Of a stretch of DNA of 64,000 nucleotides, positions 19,704 through 30,555 are shown one piece after another. The position numbers were made by a program, and so were the translations under genes. The stretch spans positions 32,001 through 96,000 of the forward strand of contig JASFQK010000013.1 in NCBI GenBank assembly GCA_050115495.1. Reading direction: 5' to 3'. This DNA is from Phycisphaerae bacterium (GTDB taxonomy: Bacteria; Planctomycetota; Phycisphaerae; UBA1845; Fen-1342). Within the stretch, counting starts at the first letter, position 1. Every line of letters begins with the position of its first letter. The notes under the pieces are model-generated. The model was not told the origin of the DNA. It worked only from the letters and a program-made list of their open reading frames with translations, and did not search any database.

Positions 19704-20468
19704 ATGACCGACGTTCAGATTATCGACACGGACGCCGCGACCGTCGGCGAGCACGCGTTCTGCGGCTTCAAGGATCCCAGGAGCGAAGGGCACAAGCGAA
19801 AGACCGCCTGGCTGAAGCAGCGCTTCACCGAGGGATTGAGATTCAAGGTGTTGCAGGTCGACGGCGTCGACGCCGGCATGATCGAGTACGCTCCCGGCGA
19901 GCACACCTGGCGGCCGATCGAGGCGGTGGGCTACCTGGTCATCCACTGCATCATGATCAACCGGAAGGAGTACAAGGGGCACGGCTACGGCCTGCGGCTC
20001 GTGGAAGAGTGCGTGAGCGACGCCCGGCGGGCCGGCAAGCACGGCGTTGCGGTCGTGACCAGCAGGGGCACGTGGATGGCGAGTCCGGAGGTCTTTCTGC
20101 GCAACGGCTTCAAGTGCGTGGACACCGCGCCGCCCTCGTTCGAGCTGCTGGCCAGGAAGTTGCGCAAGGCGCCGTCGCCGACGTTCCGGACGGGGTGGGA
20201 GGACACGCTGCGACAGTGCGGCTCGGGGCTCACGATCATCACGTCTGACCAGTGTCCGTGCATCGCCAAGGCGATCGGCGATATTCGGCAGGCCTGCCGG
20301 ACGCTACGGATTCGCCCGAAGGTCGTGGAGCTGACGACAGGTGAAGAGGCCCGCGCCGCACCGTCGGCCTACGGCATCTTCAACGTGATCTACAAGGGCC
20401 GCGTCGTGGCCGACCATCCGATCAGCAGCACGCGCTTCCTGAACATCATGCGGGGACTGCGGAAGTAG
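19704..20468 (+). CDS. GNAT acetyltransferase with YoaP-like C-terminus
   Basis: MIEYAPGE, IHCI...YKGHGYG, SDQCPC, APSAYGIF. Confidence 0.85.
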   Translation: MTDVQIIDTDAATVGEHAFCGFKDPRSEGHKRKTAWLKQRFTEGLRFKVLQVDGVDAGMIEYAPGEHTWRPIEAVGYLVIHCIMINRKEYKGHGYGLRLVEECVSDARRAGKHGVAVVTSRGTWMASPEVFLRNGFKCVDTAPPSFELLARKLRKAPSPTFRTGWEDTLRQCGSGLTIITSDQCPCIAKAIGDIRQACRTLRIRPKVVELTTGEEARAAPSAYGIFNVIYKGRVVADHPISSTRFLNIMRGLRK

Positions 20469-20534
20469 TCCGGTGATGCCACGGCACCGGGGGGTACTCC
20501 GTGAGACTTCGCGGCCGCGGGCCGTTGTGGAGGG

Positions 20535-21797
20535 TCACTCGCTGGGTTGATCGTCGCCGGGCAGACGTCCATCTGCATCTGTTGGGGCCGGTCGCAGGCG
20601 ATTGCTCATGCGCACTTCGCTCTGGATGATCGGGTATTCCATGCGGAAGCGGTAGACGTCGAAGCGTTGCGGCTCCCAGCCCAGACGCTCGAACACATAG
20701 GACACCATGTCCGCGTAGCGCGGCACCTCGGGCGTGTGCAGCGCATCAGTCGCCTTGCCCATGTACTGCACGGTGTCCGTAAGCGGCAGGCGAATGGAGG
20801 AGTTGTACGGTCCGGAGGCGAAGTTGCTGTAGATGACGAGCTCCGGCTCCAGACGCCCATACAGTTCTTCGTGGACGAACTGGTCGAAGATGAGCAGCTC
20901 AGACGCGGTACCCACCTGGGCCACGTAGCTCGCGCTGCTGTCTGTCTCACAGCAGTAATAGGAACCGCCGCGCCGAACGATCTCGCCCGTGATGCACGTG
21001 ACGGCTCCGGTCTTGCCGGCGCGACCCGGCGACAGCGTCCACTGCAATGACTCTGCCACGTGGCTGTATTCGAGCTTCGGACGCGGTTGACTCATGAAGA
21101 GCTTCGCCGCCACATCGTCCGGGTTTTCCACGTCGTACAGCGGCTCGAACGGGGCATCGGACGGCACAACCCCCGAGTCGGTGCGGCAGCGGGCCAGACC
21201 GAGCGGCCAACGCACGTCGGGCCGGAGACGTTGCACGCCGACGAGTCCCCGCATTGCGGCGTGATCCACCCGCCCGGGGGTCTTCGAGAAGTTGACGAAC
21301 GAGGCTCGCAACTGCGCCTCGGCCGACACGCCCCAGATGTAGCTGTTCGCCTCGTACGCGAGCCGGCGGTGGGCCAGGTCCATCTCCGCGCGACCCTCGT
21401 CTGAGTGGGCGGCCAGCATCCGGTCGAGCCGTCTGCGACTGCCGGCGTGGATGCGGACCAGGTTGTCATAGTCGGCGAGGGCGGCGGCCGCCGTCTCGGT
21501 AAGGGCCACGGGAACGCCTTGCTTCTTCGCGGCCCGCAGGAAGATCCGCACGCCGCCGGTACCGGGGATGTAGCGGGCGGCGTCGAACGGGTTGGGGTAG
21601 CGGATGACGTTGAAGATTCGCCAACTGAGCCCCTTATCGATCTTAAGCGTGTGCTGGAGCTCGGACGCCCGCGTAATGGACTGGGGCAGGGCCGCGATAA
21701 TCTCGGTGAATGTCCGCCGAATGCGTCCGACGGCGTCGACCGTGTGCTCATCGAACGGCGGGGGTGAGTCCTTCTTCTCGGGGGTCTCCGTCTTCAT
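20535..21797 (-). CDS. Uncharacterised HTH-like putative regulator, paralogue B (most divergent)
   Basis: ASELQHTLKIDKGLSWRIF...IPG; C-terminal FDVYRFRMEYPI matches the other paralogues. Confidence 0.8.
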   Translation of the reverse strand: MKTETPEKKDSPPPFDEHTVDAVGRIRRTFTEIIAALPQSITRASELQHTLKIDKGLSWRIFNVIRYPNPFDAARYIPGTGGVRIFLRAAKKQGVPVALTETAAAALADYDNLVRIHAGSRRRLDRMLAAHSDEGRAEMDLAHRRLAYEANSYIWGVSAEAQLRASFVNFSKTPGRVDHAAMRGLVGVQRLRPDVRWPLGLARCRTDSGVVPSDAPFEPLYDVENPDDVAAKLFMSQPRPKLEYSHVAESLQWTLSPGRAGKTGAVTCITGEIVRRGGSYYCCETDSSASYVAQVGTASELLIFDQFVHEELYGRLEPELVIYSNFASGPYNSSIRLPLTDTVQYMGKATDALHTPEVPRYADMVSYVFERLGWEPQRFDVYRFRMEYPIIQSEVRMSNRLRPAPTDADGRLPGDDQPSE

Positions 21798-21852
21798 GGT
21801 TGCGACTCTAATCGGTTCTGAGGGAAATATCAAGTGAAGTTTTTAAAAACTA

Positions 21853-21881
21853 TTGACAAGCACTTCCCCAAAAACTATCGT
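21853..21881 (+). promoter_or_regulatory. sigma70 promoter TTGACA-N17-TATCGT towards the HAF-repeat genes
   Basis: Consensus -35; adjacent palindrome AGTTTTTAAAAACT at 21838-21851. Confidence 0.7.
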
Positions 21882-22286
21882 GAACCTGACGTCGATGGCC
21901 ATGAGCAACGCTTTCGGCCGTTGACTGCTGCGATCGAGAGGAGTTGTCCGTGTTGTGTTTGCCTGCGAGCACGCCCGTTTTCCGCCGCTCGAACCGGTTC
22001 ACTGTCGCCGGCGAGAGCAGTCCGGCGGCGCGGACGACGGGTGGGTGCCTGGCGCGATGCAGCAACGCCGGGCCGCGGCAGGCATGCCTGGCAACCGGGG
22101 ACAGACCGAACGGAGACGTCATGGTGTGAGGTTGGTTCCGGGGGGCGAGGGGAGTGAGGAGAAGGAAGCGGATTACCCGGCATCAACAGGAATCAGCGGA
22201 GTGTAGGGAGGCGCCGTCTGCAAGCGGTTTGCAGTAGTCCACAAACGAAGAGGTAGGTTGTTACTTCGGTAGGAGGAGACGTTTCA

Positions 22287-23414
22287 ATGACTTCGAACCT
22301 TCAGAGAATCAGTTGCGTGTTGACGACCGTCGCGGTGCTGACGTTCACCGGTGCGGCATTCGGCGGTTGGACGTTCATCGACCTTGGTAGCCTCGACGGA
22401 CGGGGGTGCCTCGGTGTCGACGTGAACAACGCCGGCCAGGTGACCGGCTACTCCACGTACGAAGGGGGAGGGGACTTCGACTATCACCCGTTCATCTGGG
22501 AGAACGGCAGCATGATCGATCTCGGCACGATCGGTGATGCGTACCTGGCGCAGCCCACGGCCATCAGTGAGGCCGGGCAGGTAGCGGGTTGGTCCAAGAT
22601 CCAGCCTTACCCGGATAACCACGCGTTTTTCTGGGAAAACGGAACCATGACCGATCTGGGAACGTTGGGCGGCAGCCAGACCTGGGGCGAGGGCGTCAAC
22701 AGCGCCGGCCATGTGGTCGGGTACCAGAGCACGCCGGGTTGTGCCTTCCTGTGGGATGGGACGACGATGCAGGACCTGAACAGCTCGTCCAACCCCGACT
22801 GGCAGCTCACGGGCGCCCTCGACATCAATGATTCGGAGCAAATCGTAGGCCAGGGCAACATCGATGGTTCCACCAGGGCCTTTCTGTACGACGCCGGCGT
22901 GATCACCAATCTGGGCGTCCTGGGCACTGGGGATAACAGCTCGGCGAACGCCATTTCCGAGTCCGGAATCATCGTGGGCCGCTCGACGAACGGGGAGACG
23001 TACCGGCCGGGGCCGGGGCCCATGACGCGTCCGGTCAACCATGGTTTCCTGTGGCAGGACGGCGTCATGACCGACCTGGGTACGCTCGGCGGGATTCTGA
23101 GCGAGGCGTTCGACGTGAACGCATCCGGCCAGGTGGTCGGCAAGGCGAACTACACTGAGGGAGACTTCCACCACCACCACGCCTTTCTGTGGGACGACGG
23201 CGTCATGATCGACCTCAATGACCTGCTCCCGGCCGGCAGCGAATGGGAACTGAGGGAGGCCACGGGCATCAACGATCTCGGGTACATCGTTGGGTGGGGG
23301 ATGGTGAACGGGGTGGAGCGTGGGTTCATCCTCGTTCCCGAGCCCAGCACGCTGACCTGTCTGCTCGGCCTGGGCGCACTCCTGTTCGCTCGCGGACGGC
23401 GGAACGCGTCCTAG
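22287..23414 (+). CDS. HAF-repeat PEP-CTERM extracellular protein
   Basis: Repeated HAF(F/L)W..G.MTDLGTLGG..A..IN..GQVVG; VPEPSTL tail. Confidence 0.92.
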   Translation: MTSNLQRISCVLTTVAVLTFTGAAFGGWTFIDLGSLDGRGCLGVDVNNAGQVTGYSTYEGGGDFDYHPFIWENGSMIDLGTIGDAYLAQPTAISEAGQVAGWSKIQPYPDNHAFFWENGTMTDLGTLGGSQTWGEGVNSAGHVVGYQSTPGCAFLWDGTTMQDLNSSSNPDWQLTGALDINDSEQIVGQGNIDGSTRAFLYDAGVITNLGVLGTGDNSSANAISESGIIVGRSTNGETYRPGPGPMTRPVNHGFLWQDGVMTDLGTLGGILSEAFDVNASGQVVGKANYTEGDFHHHHAFLWDDGVMIDLNDLLPAGSEWELREATGINDLGYIVGWGMVNGVERGFILVPEPSTLTCLLGLGALLFARGRRNAS

Positions 23415-23479
23415 CCGCTTTGGATCTGGAGTGGGGATGTTGTGACCCTGATACCCTCTCGCCGTGATGACGGCGAAGG

Positions 23480-24544
23480 ATGGAGAAAACGATGCGATCT
23501 CTGAGTCTTCTGGCAGCGATCATGATGGCGCTGAGCGCGCCGGCGCTCGCTTCGGTGTCCTATACCATCACCGACCTGGGTACGCTGACGTCGGTCCCGT
23601 ACAGCAATGCACGCACCTTGAACGAGAACGGGCAAGTCGGTGGCTACTCGGCGGGGGCCGACCACTACTCGCGGGCCTTTTTCTGGGAAGACGGCGTGAT
23701 GACCGATCTGGGACTCTTCTCGGCCCAGGCTTCGTTCGCCTGGGACATGAACAGCTCCGGTCAGATGGCTATCAGGACAGTCGGCCCGGACTCCGCCTGG
23801 GTGTGGGACAACGGTAGCGTCACTTACATCTCGCCGCTGCCGGGCGGATCGTCCAATGAAGCGTACGGTATCAACGATGCCGGCCAGGTCGCGGGTCGAT
23901 CGGCGACGAGCGTTGGCCAGCGGGCGTTCCTGTGGGACGACGGCTCCTTGTGGAGCCTCGGTACCCTCGGCGGGAACTACAGTTCCGCCCATGACATCAA
24001 TAACGCCGGCCAGGTGGCTGGTACGTCTGCCAACGCGAGCGGAGTATGGCATGCCTTCCTTTGGGACGACGGCGTGATGACCGACCTGGGTACGCTCGGC
24101 GGCCCAAGTAGCGCCGGGATCGCCATGAACGACGCCGGCCACGTCGTGGGCCGGTCGTGGCTGCCCGAAGGTGGACCCTACCGGGCGTTCCTGTACCGGG
24201 ACGGAGCGATGGCCAACCTGGGCTCGCTCGGCGGAGAGTTCGCCGATGCCCTGGGAATCAACAACCTGGATCAGGTCGTCGGCCACTCCTTGTTGGCCGG
24301 TGGCGCCCAACGCGCCTTCATCTGGGATGACGGCGTGATGACCGACCTGAATGACCTGCTCGTGGACGGCGGCGCGTGGGAACTGACGGAGGCCGCCGAC
24401 ATCAACGATGCGGGCCAGATCGTCGGTGTGGGGTACATCAACGGGGACGAACACGCCTTCCTGCTGACCCCTGTTCCCGAACCGGCGACGCTCAGCCTGC
24501 TGAGCCTCGGCGCCCTGGCGCTGCTCCGCCGGCGACGCGCCTGA
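23480..24544 (+). CDS. HAF-repeat PEP-CTERM extracellular protein
   Basis: Same repeats; VPEPATLSLLSLGALALLRRRRA. Confidence 0.92.
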   Translation: MEKTMRSLSLLAAIMMALSAPALASVSYTITDLGTLTSVPYSNARTLNENGQVGGYSAGADHYSRAFFWEDGVMTDLGLFSAQASFAWDMNSSGQMAIRTVGPDSAWVWDNGSVTYISPLPGGSSNEAYGINDAGQVAGRSATSVGQRAFLWDDGSLWSLGTLGGNYSSAHDINNAGQVAGTSANASGVWHAFLWDDGVMTDLGTLGGPSSAGIAMNDAGHVVGRSWLPEGGPYRAFLYRDGAMANLGSLGGEFADALGINNLDQVVGHSLLAGGAQRAFIWDDGVMTDLNDLLVDGGAWELTEAADINDAGQIVGVGYINGDEHAFLLTPVPEPATLSLLSLGALALLRRRRA

Positions 24545-24574
24545 TTCTTGAACGCGTGTTTGTGACCTCCTCAA

Positions 24575-24610
24575 CGAAAGGCCCTTCGGCGAAAGCCGGA
24601 GGGCCTTTCG
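24575..24610 (+). terminator. Intrinsic terminator-like hairpin
   Basis: CGAAAGGCCCTTCGGC-GAAA-GCCGGAGGGCCTTTCG directly after the HAF genes. Confidence 0.75.
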
Positions 24611-24762
24611 CGTTACAAAACGCGGTCAGGCAATCGGTTTCGGCTCCGTGCGTTCTTCGGGCTGCCAAGAGCGTCAGTCGAATACGCACCGCTCTGCACG
24701 TTGGTCGGCATGAATGACCGCCATCGCGCACCAGTCATTCCAGGCTGCGATATACTCCCATC

Positions 24763-25686
24763 ATGGACATTCTCAACGCCATCGGAAACACGTCGATCGT
24801 GCGGCTTCGCCGGGTCGTGCCGGCGGATTGTGCGGACGTCCTCGTCAAGCTCGAATGGGAGAACCCCACGGGCAGCATGAAGGACCGCATGGCCAACGCC
24901 GTGATCTCCCGGGCTGAGCAGGACGGCCGGCTCCGGCCCGGCGACACGGTCGTCGAGTACACCGGCGGCAGCACGGGGGCGTCACTCGCCCTGGTCTGTG
25001 CGGCGAAGGGCTACCGCCTGCACATCGTCAGCTCCGACGCGTTCAGCCGGGAGAAGCTCGACCACATGGCGGCACTCGGGGCGGAGCTGACGCTCGTGCC
25101 CAGCGAGGGCGGCCGCACGACGAAGAAGCTCATCCTGGACATGATCGAAACCGCCCGCGGGATCAGTCGGGAGCCGCACACCTACTGGACCGACCAGCTC
25201 AACAACCACGACAGCATTGCCGGCTACCACGGGCTGGGCGAAGAGATCTGGGGCCAGACGAACGGGGCGGTGGACGCGTTCGCGCACTGCGTCGGGACGG
25301 CGGCCTCGTCGCGCGGCGTGGCGACGGCGTTGAAGCAGCACCGGCCGGATATCCGCTGCGTCGCGGTCGAGCCCGCCGAGTCGGCCGTACTTTCCGGCGG
25401 TCAGCCCGGGCCGCACAAGATCGAAGGCGTCGGCATCGGCTACACGCCGCCGCTGTGGGACCCGTCGGTGATGGACGAGATCCTGCCGGTCGGCACGGAC
25501 GAGGCGAAGGAGATGGCCCGGCGGCTGGCCCGCGAGGAGGGCCTCTTCGCCGGCACGTCGTCCGGCGCGAACGTCATCGCGGCAATCCAGTTGGCCAAAC
25601 GGCTCGGCCCCGGCCGCACCGTCGTCACGCTACTGGCCGACTCGGGCCTGAAATACGTGAGCACGGATGTGTACCGCCGGCGCTAG
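24763..25686 (+). CDS. Cysteine synthase family PLP enzyme
   Basis: [43 protein letters not shown]. Confidence 0.9.
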   Translation: MDILNAIGNTSIVRLRRVVPADCADVLVKLEWENPTGSMKDRMANAVISRAEQDGRLRPGDTVVEYTGGSTGASLALVCAAKGYRLHIVSSDAFSREKLDHMAALGAELTLVPSEGGRTTKKLILDMIETARGISREPHTYWTDQLNNHDSIAGYHGLGEEIWGQTNGAVDAFAHCVGTAASSRGVATALKQHRPDIRCVAVEPAESAVLSGGQPGPHKIEGVGIGYTPPLWDPSVMDEILPVGTDEAKEMARRLAREEGLFAGTSSGANVIAAIQLAKRLGPGRTVVTLLADSGLKYVSTDVYRRR

Positions 25687-26594
25687 CGTTCGTCGGGCGG
25701 CGAGGACGGCTCGGGACCTGCGGTCCGCACTGCCTTGCCGCATTCCGGGCATCGCCCGCTGACGTTGCCGGTCAGGTCGTAGCCGCACTCCGGGCACCGC
25801 CCGGGTTCGCGGTGCGGCCAATACGCCGCCCACCAGAGCAGGGCGGTCGGCAGGCCGACGAGCAGCAATGGCAGCCAGAGGGGAATGCGCGACCACGGAC
25901 TCGGCAGCGGGTCCCTGCGGATACTCCAGTTCGGCCACCAATCGGGGTTCCAGTAGACTCCGGTCGAGAATAGTGGTGTCCCAGCCTTGGCAAACAACGG
26001 CGCGTGCTGTTTGCCGATGCCGTGGCAACCTACTACGCCAGACCCGACGACGACCGTCCGCGTCTGGCCCTGCACGACAAGTGACCACGGCAATGAGGCC
26101 AGAATCACGAGCACAATGGCGACACTGATCGCCGTCAGGCCCAGCCTGATTCCTCGTCCCATCCCGTGCCTGCTGCTGCGCCGAATCCACCGCGTGAAAC
26201 CGGCGAGGACCTTCCAAACGCCCCGTCGATCCTTGAACCAGAGCACAGCGCCCGGGATTCCGCAGAGGGTGAACGGCATCCAGAGTGGGATGCGCGCATA
26301 GTCGTAGTAAGCATAGCCTTCCCAATCGAACGACCCGCCGAAGCGCCAATACCAGGTGTGCTTCGAGACACGCCACCCAGGGGGCTTGCCGTAATGCCCC
26401 TTGCCGTGCTCCCAGATCGCCGATGGCCACCAGAACGAGACCGAGCCCAGACTCAGCGAGACCTCGTAGCGTTGCGCCGGGCTGACCCACGTGATCTCGC
26501 GACCGGAACTGGCGATGAACGCCGCGACGAGCAGAACGCACGCCGCCGTACAAAGCCACTTCGCCGTCTTTCGTATACGGGTTCCCCACACCAT
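25683..26594 (-). CDS. Membrane protein with C-terminal double-CxxC zinc ribbon
   Basis: [20 protein letters not shown]; repeated RIPLW(M/L)P TM motif. Confidence 0.75.
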   Translation of the reverse strand: MVWGTRIRKTAKWLCTAACVLLVAAFIASSGREITWVSPAQRYEVSLSLGSVSFWWPSAIWEHGKGHYGKPPGWRVSKHTWYWRFGGSFDWEGYAYYDYARIPLWMPFTLCGIPGAVLWFKDRRGVWKVLAGFTRWIRRSSRHGMGRGIRLGLTAISVAIVLVILASLPWSLVVQGQTRTVVVGSGVVGCHGIGKQHAPLFAKAGTPLFSTGVYWNPDWWPNWSIRRDPLPSPWSRIPLWLPLLLVGLPTALLWWAAYWPHREPGRCPECGYDLTGNVSGRCPECGKAVRTAGPEPSSPPDER

Positions 26595-26685
26595 GCCCGC
26601 ATTCTAGCACATGAGCCGGTCTTGCCGCGACAGTGAATTGCAGACACTGCCCCGGCCCGACCGGCCACGCGCAGGCCGGATTGGG

Positions 26686-26967
26686 TTACGTCTGGTCTGG
26701 CGGGGCGGGACCCTGCGACTTGTAGAGCATCTCCACCACGTCACCGACGGTCCGGACTTCTTGCGCTTCGACATCCGGGACCGCCAGGTCGAAAGCATCC
26801 TCCACTTCCATTATGAACTCGACCACATCGAGGCTGTCGTAGTTCAGGTCGGCCAGAAAGGACGTCTGTTCGGTGATCATCGCCGGATCGGCGTTGACCT
26901 GGGCCGCGGCGAGCTCGCGCACCTTCTCGAAGATCTCCGGCCAGGATTTCGGCGCCGGCATGGTCAT
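26686..26967 (-). CDS. Acyl carrier protein
   Basis: DLNYDSLDVVEFIMEVEDAF...TVGD. Confidence 0.9.
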   Translation of the reverse strand: MTMPAPKSWPEIFEKVRELAAAQVNADPAMITEQTSFLADLNYDSLDVVEFIMEVEDAFDLAVPDVEAQEVRTVGDVVEMLYKSQGPAPPDQT

Positions 26968-26974
26968 ACTCCTT

Positions 26975-27346
26975 CTACGGCACGCGGCCGGTGTCGGTTG
27001 CGGCTTCGGCGGTGCGGAGGGCGACCACCAGCTTGCGGACGGTCCGGAAGTCCGGCTCGGTCTTGCCGCGTTCGATGCGGTTTAACGTTTCCGTGCGGAT
27101 GCCGGCGCGGTCCGCCAACGCCGCTTGCGTCAGGCCAGCCGCCCGTCGGCGTTGGCGAATCCGCTCCGCCAGGGGCACACCCTCTTCCTCAAGCGCTGCC
27201 AATGGGCCGGTCGCGCCGGCCGATCGGCCGCCGCCGACGACGCCGGCCCGCTTGCCCAGCGTGACGAGCTGCGCCTCGCGCAGAATCGCGTAGGCCACGC
27301 CACCGAGCACCACTACGGCGTAATCCAGGCGTTTCGTCTTCGCCAT
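26975..27346 (-). CDS. XRE-family HTH regulator
   Basis: RRRAAGLTQAALADRAGIRTETLNRIERGK; GGAGG RBS before MAKTKR. Confidence 0.88.
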   Translation of the reverse strand: MAKTKRLDYAVVVLGGVAYAILREAQLVTLGKRAGVVGGGRSAGATGPLAALEEEGVPLAERIRQRRRAAGLTQAALADRAGIRTETLNRIERGKTEPDFRTVRKLVVALRTAEAATDTGRVP

Positions 27347-27530
27347 GAGCACCTCCATGGGAAGTATGGCGGGGCATGTATCAAAAATCAAGTTTAATGA
27401 TCTATAAATCATATTTGAGCATCAAGCGGCGTGCGGTCGGCGACACGAATCAGCCGCTTCGTCATCCACCGCCGGCGGTCTAGAATATGGGCAGAGCTGG
27501 ACAAGCGCGGCAGCGAGGGAGGTTTCGGCC

Positions 27531-29816
27531 GTGTCGAGATCAGTATTCGTTCGCGGGGGGGTACTTGGCCTGTTCATGTGGTGCGGTCTGTCGGGTGCGG
27601 TCGCCCAGATGCCGGCGACGACGTTCGTGCGGCAGGTCGAGGACACCCGCCGGCTGAGCGACGCGGAGGCCCTCGACAAGCTTGAAGCGCTGCTCACGCC
27701 CGACCTCGCCGAGGCGCAGCGGCAGCAGTGCTACCAAGAGATCGCGGCCCGCCTGGGGAAGTTCGATCCGCCCGTGCCGAACGCCGCCGAGAAGAAGATG
27801 CTCGAGCAGGCGCGGGCCGGCAGCGACTACACGGACGAAGTGCTGCTCGGTCGCTACGCCATCGTGCTCGCCGGCCGGGAGTACGCCGACGAGGCCCGCC
27901 GGTGCGGCTTCATGACGCAGCTCGACATGTCGTACATCGTCCTGCGCGACACGTTCTCCCTCGACCCGGTTGGGAAGCGCGGGCACCGCTACGTGATCTG
28001 GTTTCCGCGGAACAAGCCGCGCGGCTTCACGACCAACGGCGGGTCGCTGCACGTGTGGGTCGGCCAGGCCGAGGCCGAGCGCCCCGACGGCCTGCTACGC
28101 TACGTGCACGAGTTCGGCCACTCGTTCGTCTGGGACTTCATGGGTAACCCGATTTTCGCCGGCGGGTTCACGGAGGGCTGGTGCGACTTCTGCAAGCTGA
28201 TCGCCGCCGAGCGGCTGGCGGTGCTCGGCGAGCCGTTCGCCGAGGCCGGACCGAAGCTGCGCGCGTCGTTTCGCCGGGCGGGACGGGAGGAGTACCTGCG
28301 GACACGACTGCCGATTGAGGAGATCATCGACTATGCTCCGTCGATGTCACTCCTCGTGGAGTTGCTCGAAACGACACGCTCGGGGAACGGGACCCTCGAT
28401 TGGAGCCCATTCAATCGCATGCTGGCGGATCTGGCGGCGGACTCGATCAAACGGCCGCCGCATTGCATGTGGCCGGCGTGGCATGCCGCCCTGTACCTGC
28501 AGTACTTCGATCGGGACGACGTGCTGCCCATCCTGCGTGAGTATCGCTATCCGCCGGAGGCGCTGGCCCCGCTGACGCCGGACGCGGCCACGGCGCTGGC
28601 CGACGGGGGCGAGGTCGTCCGCGAGTGGCGCGTGCTCGGGCCCATCCCGGATCCGGCGGAGGGACGCCTGCGGGACGATCCCCTGGACGTGGCGAATTTC
28701 GAGGTGCGCGACGCGTACGAGATCGACGGGCACACGTATCGCTGGCGGACGGTCACCGCCAACAAGCAGGGCGTCGTCGAGCTCGGCAAACTCGAAGGTG
28801 CCCGCGAGTCGTGCCGCTTCTGCCTGGTGGCCGATCTGCCCGTCGAGCGTCCGACACCCGCCGCGTTCTACATCGGCAGCGACGATGACGCCGCGGTGTG
28901 GCTCGACGGCACGCTGCTGTACACGTTCAGCGGCAACCGCGGCACGAAGCCGCGTGATCCGGACCGGGCGTGCGGTCTGATGCGTGCGGGCAAGATCGTT
29001 GCTCTCGTGGCCAACCGCGGCGGCGCGACCGGCTTCCACTTGCGCGTGGACACCGACTCGCCGTACACACGCATCTATCCCGGCTTGTTGCACGACGGCG
29101 ATCAGGCGTGCCGGCTGGGGCTCGTCGAGTACCTGGCCTCGCGGATCTTCGACGGCGACTGCGCGACGGCACTGCTGCTGGAGGCGCTGGGCGACGCCGA
29201 CCCGCGGGTGCGAGCCCGCGCTGCGTGGGGACTCGGCGGCCGGCGGAACGACGCTGAGGTCGTCAAAGGCTTGCTCAGCGCCTGGTCCACAGAGAACGAC
29301 GCCGATGTGGCGGAAGCCATGGGCGACGCCCTGTCCGAGCTGCTGTTTCAGCCATTGCGTTCGGCCAGCGCGGCCCGGCGCTGGTGGAACAGCAACGAGA
29401 AGGACTGGGTGCCGGCGTTCCACGTCGAGTGCGAGCGGGCGGTACCGCTCGGCGACCGCATCGGCGGGTTCTACGGGAATCAGGATGGCGCTTACGGCGG
29501 CCAGACGATCGACCGCGGCTGGGGCTCAGGGCGGGAAGACGAGCTGCGTGTACGCCTGTACGCGCCCGCTGACGGTCGGCGCCGGCTGGTTATTCGCTAC
29601 CGGGCGAACAAGGACTGCCACCTGCGCGTTCGCGTCCAGCGCGGGCCGGAGACCGTGTTTGACCGGGCGAAGGTCGAATTGTCGGCGACGTCGAAGGACG
29701 ACTGGAGCCGCGCCTACATCGAGCTGACGCAGCTCAAAGCGGGCTGGTACACCGTGATCCTCTCCGATCCGAGCGGCCAACCGCTGCTGGACGTGATCGG
29801 CTGGGCGGCGCGATGA
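27531..29816 (+). CDS. Secreted multidomain protein: HEXXH metallopeptidase-like, PA14-like, HEAT, beta-sandwich
   Basis: YVHEFGHSF...FTEGWCDF; GSDDDAAVWLDG; LGDADPRVRARAAWGLG. Confidence 0.75.
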   Translation: MSRSVFVRGGVLGLFMWCGLSGAVAQMPATTFVRQVEDTRRLSDAEALDKLEALLTPDLAEAQRQQCYQEIAARLGKFDPPVPNAAEKKMLEQARAGSDYTDEVLLGRYAIVLAGREYADEARRCGFMTQLDMSYIVLRDTFSLDPVGKRGHRYVIWFPRNKPRGFTTNGGSLHVWVGQAEAERPDGLLRYVHEFGHSFVWDFMGNPIFAGGFTEGWCDFCKLIAAERLAVLGEPFAEAGPKLRASFRRAGREEYLRTRLPIEEIIDYAPSMSLLVELLETTRSGNGTLDWSPFNRMLADLAADSIKRPPHCMWPAWHAALYLQYFDRDDVLPILREYRYPPEALAPLTPDAATALADGGEVVREWRVLGPIPDPAEGRLRDDPLDVANFEVRDAYEIDGHTYRWRTVTANKQGVVELGKLEGARESCRFCLVADLPVERPTPAAFYIGSDDDAAVWLDGTLLYTFSGNRGTKPRDPDRACGLMRAGKIVALVANRGGATGFHLRVDTDSPYTRIYPGLLHDGDQACRLGLVEYLASRIFDGDCATALLLEALGDADPRVRARAAWGLGGRRNDAEVVKGLLSAWSTENDADVAEAMGDALSELLFQPLRSASAARRWWNSNEKDWVPAFHVECERAVPLGDRIGGFYGNQDGAYGGQTIDRGWGSGREDELRVRLYAPADGRRRLVIRYRANKDCHLRVRVQRGPETVFDRAKVELSATSKDDWSRAYIELTQLKAGWYTVILSDPSGQPLLDVIGWAAR

Positions 29817-29832
29817 GCAGCGCCGCGGCAGG

Positions 29833-30537
29833 CTACGGGCTCATGTGGAACTTGCCATCCTGGGCGAGGAAGTGTGTGATAACGCCGGTGTCGGTGGCGC
29901 CGCGGCACCAGTAACGGGCGGGCAGGGGCATGTGGCCGCCGATGTACTGGAACTTCGGCGAGTCGGGATCGGGCCCGACGCTCCAGATGGCGTAGCGCAC
30001 GGGCGTTTCCAGCGGGTCGGTCCAGTACCGCCCCTCGTCGCCGGCGCAATCGGGGAAATCCTGCGGGACCCACAAGTTGGCTCCGTGCGGCGGTTCGAGC
30101 AGCGTGGTCTCGTTGACGATGGCCGCGCCAGGGGCGCGATACTTGTACGTCTGCCGCGGCTGAAAGACATCGTACATCTGCACGACGTCGATGAACGACT
30201 CTTCGCCCGTGGGGCCGGCGACCAGCGACCGTTGCCCGGGCAGGTAATGCTGCTGGGCGAGCTCCACGGGCATGTCGTACGCATTCCGCATGCTGCACGA
30301 GAAGCGTGACGGCGGCAGATGATCGGCGTTGTTGTGGAGGTAGAGCTCGAGGCCGAGGTCGATGTTGCGCAGGTCCGCGTGGGCCTTGACACGCCGCGCC
30401 GCCACGCGGGCCGAGCGCAGAGTGGGCAGCAGGATCGCCAGCAGCACGACGATGATGGCGATCACGACGAGCAGCTCGACGAGCGTGAAGGCTCGCGGGC
30501 GGCGCGGCGCGTGTTTCTCAAGGCTTCCGGCGGACAT
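29833..30537 (-). CDS. Prepilin-type N-terminal cleavage/methylation domain protein
   Basis: [32 protein letters not shown]. Confidence 0.9.
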   Translation of the reverse strand: MSAGSLEKHAPRRPRAFTLVELLVVIAIIVVLLAILLPTLRSARVAARRVKAHADLRNIDLGLELYLHNNADHLPPSRFSCSMRNAYDMPVELAQQHYLPGQRSLVAGPTGEESFIDVVQMYDVFQPRQTYKYRAPGAAIVNETTLLEPPHGANLWVPQDFPDCAGDEGRYWTDPLETPVRYAIWSVGPDPDSPKFQYIGGHMPLPARYWCRGATDTGVITHFLAQDGKFHMSP

Positions 30538-30555
30538 GTCGGCGGACCTCGTCCG

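Noticed and set aside
22287..24544. CRISPR-like regularly spaced repeats (GACGGCGTGATGACCGACCTGGG)
   Set aside because: In-frame HAF protein repeats; no cas genes
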